A stretch of DNA of 38,156 nucleotides from a virus. Lineage: Duplodnaviria > Caudoviricetes. Location of the stretch: positions 1 through 38,156 of the IMG/VR virus record IMGVR_UViG_3300025723_000092; one strand, written 5' to 3'. Shown piece by piece: positions 25,080-33,814 of this stretch (the stretch's first letter is position 1; every line of letters begins with the position of its first letter). A program made the position numbers and the translations under genes. The notes under the pieces were generated by a model. That model was not told where the DNA came from and searched no databases. It saw only the letters and a program-made list of their open reading frames with translations.

Positions 25080-27320
25080 TTAGCGCCTTCCGTCTGGACG
25101 AATATCTAACCGATTTGTGCCTGATTGCCAAGCAACCCCTAGTGTATTAGATGAAACTTTAAAAGCCATCTGCCTACCCCTAGCACGTACATAAATTTGT
25201 GGTGTGAACTGTTGTATTACATATTCTCTTGTATTTGTGTAGTCTTGCGTACTGGCAACTGTTGGATTATTGGCTGTCCCATAAGCAGAACCAGAAAATT
25301 CTCTTGGTAAAAAAGTCATTGTGACATTGGGTTGGTTTGATGTAGAACCCGTAAAGTTTACGTCTGGAACAAGACGATAAATGAATCCAAAATTATTACC
25401 ATCCCCAATATCAAAATCAGAACTTTGGATATAGGCGCTAATAGGATATGGGTTGACAGTTCCTGTTGTTCCGTCGTTTGTTCCTGTTTCTTGATAAACA
25501 AGTTGTCCGTTGTAAGTTGTAGACATGGGAACTTGTCTAAGAGGTGAGTACAGCCATGACGACCGGTTCATTTGTCCATAATACCAAGTCTGATCAAGGT
25601 AATTAAAAACAACATATGAATCTACAGTCGTAGAATTTGCAGAACAGTAAAACCACCATACTTCGTTGTACGCTTCATTGGTTCCAGAAAATATTTGTTC
25701 TGACTGTGTTAAATTTAAGTTGTCAAAAATGTATTGGCGCACAGCGCAGGGGAGCGTTTGTGCAGTACCGTTGTAAAAGTAAAACTTATTAAAACCCATC
25801 CAGTACACGGCATTGTTTGCAACCGCCACACAATTAGGGGAAATTATGGACAAGTTGTCGCCCATTGTTTGAAAACCCCACACATACGGAGGACCAAGAT
25901 ACTGCATGTTGTATAGCGCTGTGTCTGTCCAAATCAATATCTCTTGGCGTGTTTGAATAGCAGTAACTATGGCAGAGCCTTGACTAAGGCGTTGGCTACC
26001 TGCTTGGTTGGTTAAAGTTGGATACCAAGTCAGTATGTTTTGTTGATCTGTCCAACGCACAAGCAAAGGGTCAATTGTTGTAGTGCTTGATGTTAAAAAC
26101 CCACCAGGATCATTACAACCAAAAGCAATCACAAAATTAGACTGATCAGACACCATAACAAAATTACATAGTGTTGGGCATGTATTTAGCGTGGATGTAA
26201 TAGTTGTACTGGCTACAGTCAAAGAACTGCTTATCGTATAAGTTCCAACACCACCATTGGTTGTTCCTGTTTGTGCGGTAATGGTTGGAGAACCTGTAAC
26301 GTTAAGTGTTGCACCAATATTAATGAAACCTGTTGTAACGGCAGTAACAGTTAAAGTTGTACCAGATATACTACCTGTAAATATAGCACTGTCAGTTAGC
26401 CAATAATAAACGCCGTTTTGTGTATTAGTGTTTGTGGCAGATAACTGTTGGGCACGGTTAAAATTTGTTGGTGTTGTATCTACTGCCCAGTAATAAAGAC
26501 CGCCACCGCTAGGATTTATAACCAAGTTTTGACCATAATTAGCAGAAGACCACAGACGAATGTTTACACCAATTGTGCTAGAAGACGCAGGTTGTCCCCA
26601 CCCTCCAGTATTAGCGCTTCCAGTTGTCCCGCCCCAAGGACCCGCACCCCAACCCAAGGCTTGTGTATAAATAGCATTGCCTGTGTTAAGTTGGTATGCA
26701 GCAACAACTGCACTTCCTCCGGTTCCTGTATCACTTGATGTTGCGGCAACGCTAGATAATATGGTGTATGTGTTGATCCCTGTGACGGAAACAATTTGAA
26801 ATTCAGCGTTGAGGATGGTTGCGGTTATAGCTCCGCCAAGACTTGTAGCCCCACTAAAAGTCACAAAATCATTAACAATGGCGCCGTGGCTATTGTCCGT
26901 TACTGTTATGGTTTTAGAGCCTGTTGATGCAGAAAATGTTGCAGTGTTTGTGGTTGTCAGGCGTATGGGGGTTACATCATAAAAAGAACCGTTAATACCG
27001 TTTTGAATGTAATACTTTAAATTAGTCCCAAGCCCAAGCAAATAATACCCTACAAGACTGATCCAGGAAATTAAGTTAGTACAAACTCCCCAAAAAGAAG
27101 GTGTTGTCCATGTGTAGCCTGTGGGTGGTGTTGAGCCTTGGTTTGTTGGTGGTTGGAGCGTTGACGTTGTTGTGCCTGTGTCTGTGACCCAACCACCTAT
27201 TTTTTCTGGGTAACCAGAACGAAACCTAATATTATTACAGTCGTACCAACCACCCTCATTGGCTAAAGTCGTAGCTTCTCTGTTAACGCCTGGAGTAAAT
27301 TGTAGTTTCGTTAATGGCAT
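25080..27320 (-). CDS. Tail nozzle / packaged-DNA stabilisation protein (P22 gp10-like)
   Basis: 746 aa, beta-rich; PGVNRE...NIRFRSGYPEKIGGW start, LVRWTDQ, NEVWWFY, VRARGRQ...DIRPDGRR end; position upstream of ejection genes. Confidence 0.75.
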   Translation of the reverse strand: MPLTKLQFTPGVNREATTLANEGGWYDCNNIRFRSGYPEKIGGWVTDTGTTTSTLQPPTNQGSTPPTGYTWTTPSFWGVCTNLISWISLVGYYLLGLGTNLKYYIQNGINGSFYDVTPIRLTTTNTATFSASTGSKTITVTDNSHGAIVNDFVTFSGATSLGGAITATILNAEFQIVSVTGINTYTILSSVAATSSDTGTGGSAVVAAYQLNTGNAIYTQALGWGAGPWGGTTGSANTGGWGQPASSSTIGVNIRLWSSANYGQNLVINPSGGGLYYWAVDTTPTNFNRAQQLSATNTNTQNGVYYWLTDSAIFTGSISGTTLTVTAVTTGFINIGATLNVTGSPTITAQTGTTNGGVGTYTISSSLTVASTTITSTLNTCPTLCNFVMVSDQSNFVIAFGCNDPGGFLTSSTTTIDPLLVRWTDQQNILTWYPTLTNQAGSQRLSQGSAIVTAIQTRQEILIWTDTALYNMQYLGPPYVWGFQTMGDNLSIISPNCVAVANNAVYWMGFNKFYFYNGTAQTLPCAVRQYIFDNLNLTQSEQIFSGTNEAYNEVWWFYCSANSTTVDSYVVFNYLDQTWYYGQMNRSSWLYSPLRQVPMSTTYNGQLVYQETGTNDGTTGTVNPYPISAYIQSSDFDIGDGNNFGFIYRLVPDVNFTGSTSNQPNVTMTFLPREFSGSAYGTANNPTVASTQDYTNTREYVIQQFTPQIYVRARGRQMAFKVSSNTLGVAWQSGTNRLDIRPDGRR

Positions 27321-27326
27321 TACGCA

Positions 27327-27746
27327 TTACGCAATAGTTGCGCCTTCTTTTAATTGAGCAATGGTCAAACCACCGGTGTACTGAAAATGTGCTAGTTCTT
27401 TAAAGTGCACCCAATTTCCCGCCCATTCTAACCCATTTTCAACTCCAAGTCTACCTACTTCTGCCCATACGGCGTGGCTTCCATCCCAATCTGGTTTGCC
27501 ATTAACGAGAGGCACAACATCAATAGCACAGCGATGATTATGAAAACTGTCGCCAGGTCCGGCGTTGGTAACGATTTTGCCAGGTGCCGTCCTACCCTGC
27601 GCATATAGCGCCGCTTGGCTTTCATTGTCGCGGTAAGTAGACGTAACAAGAATGTCGATTCCTGCCTTTTTACAGGCTTCAATAAAAGCGTCAACCTTTG
27701 CTTTAACTTGTGGTAGTAGTTCATTTAAATCCCTTGAGTTAATCAT
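27327..27746 (-). CDS. Endolysin, peptidase M15 (L-Ala-D-Glu peptidase-like)
   Basis: STYR...QAALYAQGRT...SFHN..CAIDV...WAGNW...ELAHFQ; ATG 27746 with GGAG SD preferred over TTG 27761. Confidence 0.92.
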   Translation of the reverse strand: MINSRDLNELLPQVKAKVDAFIEACKKAGIDILVTSTYRDNESQAALYAQGRTAPGKIVTNAGPGDSFHNHRCAIDVVPLVNGKPDWDGSHAVWAEVGRLGVENGLEWAGNWVHFKELAHFQYTGGLTIAQLKEGATIA

Positions 27747-27960
27747 TTTTCTTTTCTCCAATATGAATACCAGTAATTAAACCTAAAAAGCCACCGCAGA
27801 TACTTTGAAATGCGGGACCCACAATATCAAACACAACCTTATCATCAACTGTTGGATCAAGCACTGCCTGTACAAACATCCATATCATAGAAGCAATAAC
27901 GCCCATTAAGGACACTGTTGCAATTAAAGTTACACATCCTTTTAAAGTCCAGTCTTTCAT
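27739..27960 (-). CDS. Small two-TM membrane protein, holin/antiholin candidate
   Basis: Two hydrophobic helices; lies between holin and endolysin with overlapping start/stop. Confidence 0.65.
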   Translation of the reverse strand: MKDWTLKGCVTLIATVSLMGVIASMIWMFVQAVLDPTVDDKVVFDIVGPAFQSICGGFLGLITGIHIGEKKND

Positions 27961-28352
27961 TTTTTCACCTTATCAGCAATCTTCTCAAATGTACGTCCAC
28001 CAAAGTAAAAACTCATCACGACCATGCCCCAATTACCAAGCAGCTCAACATAGGAGCCACGAGTTTCATAATTAAACATAGACGCTACTGCAAACCCTGT
28101 ATAAGCCGCCAAAAGAAATATAAGTACCATAGGTCGAATATTCTTAGATAACCAAGAGTCGCTAGACATGTCCGCCTGTAAGCGCTTAGTCAGTTCTTGT
28201 TGTTCGGATACGTCAGCTTGAAGTTGTGCCAACTCTCCTGTTTGTTGCATTTTGGCAAGTTCTAATTGAGCAGCCGCTTTTGCTTGTGGGTCAGGAATTA
28301 ACTTGTCAATTAACTTATTGCCGATTCCCAGTAATGCATCTAAACCAAACAT
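27957..28352 (-). CDS. Holin (GTA 3TM holin-like)
   Basis: LIDKLIPDP..KA.A...DSWLSKNIRP...FYFGGRTFEK. Confidence 0.85.
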   Translation of the reverse strand: MFGLDALLGIGNKLIDKLIPDPQAKAAAQLELAKMQQTGELAQLQADVSEQQELTKRLQADMSSDSWLSKNIRPMVLIFLLAAYTGFAVASMFNYETRGSYVELLGNWGMVVMSFYFGGRTFEKIADKVKK

Positions 28353-28361
28353 ATCATTCTC

Positions 28362-28601
28362 CTAATTACAGTATCTTGGTAGATACCCAGTTTGCCTAAA
28401 CATTTTGTAACACTCAACCTCTTTGCCATCATTCATAAAGTTCTTTTTAAACTCTATATACCAACTTTCATCTTCTCGCCGTGCTAAATAATCTTGTCTA
28501 ATATAGAACATCAAACCAAAAATTGTCAAGCAGACTGCAAAAATACTGGCGATAACGGCGATTTGAAAGTTTCGTTTATCGCGTGAAACACGCCTTTCCA
28601 A
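28362..28601 (-). CDS. TM-containing ORF; probably the -1 frame continuation of the upstream gene
   Basis: TTG start; the frame stays open upstream through the A9 run (KKKDAQEALERR). Confidence 0.55.
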   Translation of the reverse strand: MERRVSRDKRNFQIAVIASIFAVCLTIFGLMFYIRQDYLARREDESWYIEFKKNFMNDGKEVECYKMFRQTGYLPRYCN

Positions 28602-29005
28602 GGCTTCTTGCGCATCCTTTTTTTTTGAGCTTTGTCAAAATTGGCTTTGTCTTTTACAAGCCTAGCCCGTTCCGTTTGAAACTCTTCCCAAATAGCGCCC
28701 AGTTCTGGGGGCGTATCGTAAATCAATGTTTGGCGTAGATCGTACTCAGCTTGTTGCAGTCGTTTTCTGGCAAGTACATTTTCTAAAGCTTGCGCCTGAA
28801 TAGATTTACCTTTTGGCGGGTTCTTTTCTTTTTCTTTTATTTCTTGTTGCGCTTTTTCTTGGTGTTCAAAGAACGTGCCAAGCCCTGTAGAAATTTCCTG
28901 CATTACTCCATAAGCTTCTTTGCCAACAGACTTGTATTCTTTATACAGAGCTACGCCCTGCTTTACAGCAGAGAGCACACCTAGACAAATACTTATGGGT
29001 TCCAT
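28526..29005 (-). CDS. Helical protein MEPISICLGV..., zero-frame part of a probable frameshifted gene
   Basis: ATG 29005 directly follows the upstream stop; A9 tract at 28618-28626. Confidence 0.7.
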   Translation of the reverse strand: MEPISICLGVLSAVKQGVALYKEYKSVGKEAYGVMQEISTGLGTFFEHQEKAQQEIKEKEKNPPKGKSIQAQALENVLARKRLQQAEYDLRQTLIYDTPPELGAIWEEFQTERARLVKDKANFDKAQKKRMRKKPWKGVFHAINETFKSPLSPVFLQSA

Positions 29006-29006
29006 A

Positions 29007-30071
29007 TTACGCTGTACGTTGCCACATGTAAACAACCAAGTATGGAGAAATTGTAGTAAACGCAGATCCTGAACCTGTTGCGTCTGTGCTACCAGAAATA
29101 CTTGTGGATGTGTTTGTAGTTACGCTTGTACTTGCTGATGCACTAATTCCTGTAACTGCATTTCCTGTGTTAACTGTAACGTTACCTACGCTATTAGGAT
29201 CTCCTCCAGCAAGTGTTCCACCAGTTGTTGTTTTAAATGTGTAGGTGTGATTGTGACCTGGATCGCTAATATTAACACTAGTAGATGCAGAAGAATTTGA
29301 ACTTGAACTTGCGGACAAACCAGAAGAACCGTGCGTGTGGCTTGGTAAATTGGTTGTGGATAGTGCCGTTGTTGATGAACCGCCTGTGCCTCCAGCAGAG
29401 TATCCACCACCATTACCAAGTAACATCCGTCCTGCGGCTAATGCTGTCCAAGTACCAAAACCAAATAACGTTGCTGGACTTGTACTATTTGAAGCGTTCA
29501 TATAAATAGAACCTACAGGATACACTGCTTGTAAAGATGCGGATACAACACCTAAATTTGTTAATGCTCCTGCAGCAGTAGTTGCACCTGTTCCACCGTT
29601 TGCAATAGTTAAGGGATTACCAAGCGCCACTGTGCCAGGCAAAAATGTATTTTGTGAAAAGAAGTTTGTACCGTCTGACCAAACAGTAACGATAGTTCCT
29701 GTGGGTATTACAACTGTTGATCCGCCTGTTGCCGTTGTACCGTTGTTTGCTGTGGCGTTGCTAATCGTTAAGTTGCCAGAAAGAGTGTTGTAAATAACAT
29801 ACTGTTTAGATACTGGCGGTGCATACAGCGTTGCTGTTCCCGTTGATCCTGTGATTTTTAAAAGCGCTGCACGTGCCTGATCTATAGAAGAACTATTACT
29901 TGCAGTAAGTGCTTGAGATGCACTTGTAATTGACACGGCTTGGTATCCGGCAATTGCGTTTTCTAAAACAATTTGAAGATTGTTATTTGTGTTTGTACCC
30001 CAGCTACCGGCATCATTGCCAGTGCCCATAAGGTTTAAGCGTAGTAACGGGGAGGGTGAATCTGCTGCCAT
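29007..30071 (-). CDS. Tail fibre/needle protein with collar-like domain and HxH motifs
   Basis: YPVGSIYM...PATLFGFGTW...GRMLLG...LPSHTH...DPGHNH...PYLVVYMWQRTA. Confidence 0.8.
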   Translation of the reverse strand: MAADSPSPLLRLNLMGTGNDAGSWGTNTNNNLQIVLENAIAGYQAVSITSASQALTASNSSSIDQARAALLKITGSTGTATLYAPPVSKQYVIYNTLSGNLTISNATANNGTTATGGSTVVIPTGTIVTVWSDGTNFFSQNTFLPGTVALGNPLTIANGGTGATTAAGALTNLGVVSASLQAVYPVGSIYMNASNSTSPATLFGFGTWTALAAGRMLLGNGGGYSAGGTGGSSTTALSTTNLPSHTHGSSGLSASSSSNSSASTSVNISDPGHNHTYTFKTTTGGTLAGGDPNSVGNVTVNTGNAVTGISASASTSVTTNTSTSISGSTDATGSGSAFTTISPYLVVYMWQRTA

Positions 30072-30074
30072 GTT

Positions 30075-30374
30075 TTATCCTTTATTTTCTAAAAACGTTG
30101 TTTTGCCCGATGTAGCAAGTAATACTTGTTGACTCATTTCAGTAGCTCTAACCATTTCATTTCTAAAAGATTCTACTGCCGCGCCGGTTTGTCTTTGTTG
30201 TTGGGAGTTCTCAATCATAAGAATGGGCATCCAAGGAATTGCACACCCCCACTCATCGACAGGTTCTCCTGTATTTGGGTTTGTACCAGACACTTTCATA
30301 AACCAAGCACATTCAAGTTTTCTGCAAGGTTTAAATCCGTCTAATGGGCAATTTGTTTTTGCTTCAATTTTCAT
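30075..30374 (-). CDS. Cys-rich tail-fibre-associated hypothetical protein
   Basis: CPL...C...CAWF...WGCA...AAVESFRNEMV. Confidence 0.75.
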   Translation of the reverse strand: MKIEAKTNCPLDGFKPCRKLECAWFMKVSGTNPNTGEPVDEWGCAIPWMPILMIENSQQQRQTGAAVESFRNEMVRATEMSQQVLLATSGKTTFLENKG

Positions 30375-30913
30375 AGTTCTATTTTAAACATGCAAGTAAA
30401 TCTAATACCCATAAATTTTTTAGATAGGGGTGATACGCAATGTGGGATATCTTTATCAAAAACTAAAACTCGGTTGTATTTTGGAAGTACTGATTTAATA
30501 ATGTCATTTTCAGATCTAAAACTTAATCTATCTGTAGTTTTAAAAAATACAGTTTGTCCAAACCATTCTGGCAACCAAGCAGGAGTTAAATAAACAATAA
30601 CCGTTAAACCTTTTTGCAAGTCTGTATCGTCTTGATGTATGTAATCTTCAATCCCAAAAGGTTGAGCATTGACATAAGCTCTGCTTAACTTTGCTTCTTC
30701 AGGAAGTACTTTTTTTACCTCATTCCAAAGATCAAGCATGGGTTGGCTTGTGAATTCTTTAATATTATTTTTTGGATTGTAAAAAGTCCAGTTTAATTTA
30801 AATCCCACGTCTGTGGGATGCAATGGATAAAAATCTTTACAAGCTTCAACAGTTTTAATGGCATTATCCATTATTTTTTCTTGAAACAAATTATCATAGA
30901 CTTGGATATTCAT
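30371..30913 (-). CDS. 2OG-Fe(II) oxygenase (prolyl-4-hydroxylase-like)
   Basis: HQD facial-triad start, TVIVYL..W..EWFGQT.F, PKYNRVLVFD..IPH, distal Arg (IRFT). Confidence 0.88.
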   Translation of the reverse strand: MNIQVYDNLFQEKIMDNAIKTVEACKDFYPLHPTDVGFKLNWTFYNPKNNIKEFTSQPMLDLWNEVKKVLPEEAKLSRAYVNAQPFGIEDYIHQDDTDLQKGLTVIVYLTPAWLPEWFGQTVFFKTTDRLSFRSENDIIKSVLPKYNRVLVFDKDIPHCVSPLSKKFMGIRFTCMFKIEL

Positions 30914-30914
30914 T

Positions 30915-32234
30915 TTAATTCTTTGTACAAATAATAATGTCTACGTATTGAACTGCAAGATTGAGTGCGGATCCTGTAAAACTTGAAGATGCGGTTCCAC
31001 TTGTAAAAGCAAAAGATGATGATGCTGTTCCAGATGTAAAAGAAAAAGAACTACTTGCTGAATGATTATGCGCAGTGCCAGAAAATGAACCGGAGACTCC
31101 GCCAACTGTGTGGCTATGAGCGTTGCTAGAACCGTTATTTTGAGTTGATATTCCTGTGTATGCGCCATTAACACCTACGCCTGTGTACGCACCATAAATA
31201 CTAATACCTGTTCCAGAAGCAGAAAGAAAACTATTTCCGTAATTGGTAGCGTCTCCACCAACTGCTATTGAGTTGTTTGTAACTCCAGCACGTCCAAATA
31301 AGTAGCCTTGAGAAGCTCCGTGAACGTGCCCTGGATCAGAAACTCCATGACTATGACTTGGGTCAGAAACTCCGTGACTATGACTTGGGTCAGAAACTCC
31401 GTGATTATGCGCAGGCATCTGTGCTACAGAAATTGCCGTGCCGTCTACGCTACCACTTATTCCAACTGAACCACCAGCTGTTGTGTTTCCTGTCGTTGTT
31501 GAGACTGTGCCTGCAACACCTGTTACGCTTGTGCTGACCGTGCCGGAGACTGCGCTGATGCTTGTACCAACTGTACCGCTCGGAGTTTGACTTGCAAAAG
31601 CCGTTGTAAACGCAACCGACCCCCCAGAACTTGCTGTTCCTGATACAACCCTAAGTGCGTAGTTGTTGTATGTTGTAACTTTAGTCCAATTTGTAGGGGC
31701 TGTAGATTGTTGAAATAGCAATGCCGTGCCAGATGCAAACTCACTATAAGTAGATGGAATATCTGCCGCAACCAACGCCCTAAAAGTTGCTGTTGTAGCT
31801 GCCCCTGTTGAGGGTCCTGCATAAATTGTATTTGCCGTTTGATTGCCTGCTAGACCTGCTGCAGTACCTGTTGTGTTTTGATTAAGCGTTGGTATGTCAG
31901 TTGCCGTAAGCGCCCTAAAAGTTGGAGTGGCTGGACTACCAGTAGATGGACCAGAATAGACCGTATTAGCCGTTTGCGCCGTAAAAAGTGGTTGCGCCCC
32001 CAGAGCGGTTAAGGCATTTGCAGCAGTTGTTGAATTTGTTCCGCCATTTGCAATTGCTACTACGCCGGTAACGTTGGCGGCATTCCCCGTTGTGTTTAAA
32101 CCCGTAACTGTTGTAACTGTACCACCAAGCGCCACAGGAGTTGAACCTAAAGTAACAGGCGTAGCAAAATTAGTATCCAACTGTCCTAACTGGATATTGC
32201 CAACATCATTTCCAAATATGTAAGGTACGCTCAT
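30915..32234 (-). CDS. Tail fibre/needle protein with multiple HxH motifs
   Basis: Collar-like FQQSTAPTNWTK...ALRVVSG; HNH/HSH/HSH/HVH/HSH/HNH; terminal LAVQYVDIIICTKN; duplicated GPSTG...TFRAL...DIP unit. Confidence 0.8.
   Translation of the reverse strand: MSVPYIFGNDVGNIQLGQLDTNFATPVTLGSTPVALGGTVTTVTGLNTTGNAANVTGVVAIANGGTNSTTAANALTALGAQPLFTAQTANTVYSGPSTGSPATPTFRALTATDIPTLNQNTTGTAAGLAGNQTANTIYAGPSTGAATTATFRALVAADIPSTYSEFASGTALLFQQSTAPTNWTKVTTYNNYALRVVSGTASSGGSVAFTTAFASQTPSGTVGTSISAVSGTVSTSVTGVAGTVSTTTGNTTAGGSVGISGSVDGTAISVAQMPAHNHGVSDPSHSHGVSDPSHSHGVSDPGHVHGASQGYLFGRAGVTNNSIAVGGDATNYGNSFLSASGTGISIYGAYTGVGVNGAYTGISTQNNGSSNAHSHTVGGVSGSFSGTAHNHSASSSFSFTSGTASSSFAFTSGTASSSFTGSALNLAVQYVDIIICTKN
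31336..31409. repeat. 27-bp coding tandem repeat (HGVSDPSHS)
   Basis: TCAGAAACTCCRTGACTATGACTTGGG about 2.7 copies. Confidence 0.9.
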
Positions 32235-33523
32235 TGGTTGTTATTAACTCCAGTCCAGTTAGGGTTGTTTGTGTCTACAATGCCTGTCCAATTCGGTGAG
32301 CTTGTGTTGCCGACGCCTGTCCATGTTGTGTTTTGACTATTATCAATTGTTGACCAGTTTGCGGTTTGTGTATCATTAATAGTACCCCAAGTAGCAACTT
32401 GGCTGTCATTTATTTTAATCCAATACGTTACAGAAAGCGAGTCAAAAAACACAATAACTTCGTTTATCGTTGGATTATAAACCGCTACTGCCGTAACCGC
32501 ATCCGTTGTTACTATGGTGTCGGCAACATTTCCGGCAAAATTAGCGTTGGAAGTTTCAGTATCTGACAGGCTAAAAGATTCCGCAGTAGTTCCAAACTGC
32601 CCCCTAAATCCAGTCTCTACGTCTGTAAATGTAATAGCATCAGATATGCTAGTCGGGTATCCGGCATTTCCAGTCTCTACATCGGTTAGCGTAAATGTTT
32701 CTGCCGTTGTCGGTACATAGTTAGCCGTGGCAGAGAATTCTGAATAAATCCATCCAACCACATCTCCAGAATTGTTAACCCACTGAACAACCTGATTTGA
32801 GTTATTTACCCATACCGCCAGATACTCAAAAGCAAAAGCCTCATCTGTTTCAACCGCATATCCTTGGGTTGTGGTTTCAGCGTCCGTTAAGCTAAACGCT
32901 TCTGCCGTGGTGGTTGGGAAGTTTTGTGTGGCTGATTCTGCGTCGGTTAGTGTAAAGGCTTCGGTTGTGCTTGAGGCAAAGTTGGCGTTTGTGGACTCCG
33001 TATCCGCTAGAGTAAAAGCCTCCGATGTAGATGTTGGGAAGTTTTGTGTGGCGGATTCTGCGTCTGTAAATGTAAACGCCTCATCTGTTTGTGCTAGGGC
33101 ATACCAAGTTGCAGATTCTGCATCACTAAAAGACTGGGTTTCAGTTACGTTCTCATAGAAATTAAACTGTGAGTTCTCCGCCTCAGACAACGCAAAGGTC
33201 TCGGATAGCGGGTTATAAAAATCAGCAGTAGCAAATTCAACATCAGATAAAGTAAAAGACTCAGACGCACTAAGGAAAAACCCTTGGAAGGCGGATTCGG
33301 TGTCTGTTAGTGTAAATGTTTCTGATAGTGGGTTGTAGAAATCAGCGGTTGTGGATTCGGTATCTGCTAGTGTGAATGATTCTGATATTGGGTTATAAAA
33401 TGCTGCATTTGCTGCTTCCGCGTCCGACAGGGTCGTGTTTTCGCTTACCGATAAACTCAGTATTTGTGGCGGTACGCCCAGCGCATTGAACGGGGACTGG
33501 GCAAATGCATTTAGCCCAAACAC
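32231..33523 (-). CDS. Highly acidic 20-aa-repeat virion-module protein with C-terminal Trp repeats
   Basis: GTG start; units like FYNPISESFTLADTESTTAD; six Trp at 11-aa spacing at the C-terminus. Confidence 0.8.
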   Translation of the reverse strand: MFGLNAFAQSPFNALGVPPQILSLSVSENTTLSDAEAANAAFYNPISESFTLADTESTTADFYNPLSETFTLTDTESAFQGFFLSASESFTLSDVEFATADFYNPLSETFALSEAENSQFNFYENVTETQSFSDAESATWYALAQTDEAFTFTDAESATQNFPTSTSEAFTLADTESTNANFASSTTEAFTLTDAESATQNFPTTTAEAFSLTDAETTTQGYAVETDEAFAFEYLAVWVNNSNQVVQWVNNSGDVVGWIYSEFSATANYVPTTAETFTLTDVETGNAGYPTSISDAITFTDVETGFRGQFGTTAESFSLSDTETSNANFAGNVADTIVTTDAVTAVAVYNPTINEVIVFFDSLSVTYWIKINDSQVATWGTINDTQTANWSTIDNSQNTTWTGVGNTSSPNWTGIVDTNNPNWTGVNNNQ

Positions 33524-33525
33524 AC

Positions 33526-33801
33526 TTAAACGTCTGTTGCGCCTTGGTATGGAGCCATTGTCTTTAAGACTTCATATATTGCAGGCATGAGTTCGCCTTT
33601 ACCCGCTAAGTCTGCAAGACCAATGTAGTGTGCATCTTCTCTCACTGGGCTTAGATTTGAGTCTCTAGCATCCTTTGAGAAATGCACAGATACCTGTACT
33701 TGGATATTGTCTTTGTTTCCAAAGAAGTTTGTAACTCTAGCGTAAGCCTCTGGTGCTGCTGCGCCAAATTGAGTTGATGAAAGGTTAAGTTTTAATGCCA
33801 T
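33526..33801 (-). CDS. Putative tail fibre assembly chaperone
   Basis: Small gene directly downstream of the fibre pair; GGAG SD; IYEVLK...GATDV ending. Confidence 0.55.
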   Translation of the reverse strand: MALKLNLSSTQFGAAAPEAYARVTNFFGNKDNIQVQVSVHFSKDARDSNLSPVREDAHYIGLADLAGKGELMPAIYEVLKTMAPYQGATDV

Positions 33802-33814
33802 GATTTTCTCCGTG

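Noticed and set aside
28526-29035. ORF-track start at 29035
   Set aside because: It overlaps the upstream fibre gene; ATG 29005 directly after that gene's stop is more plausible.
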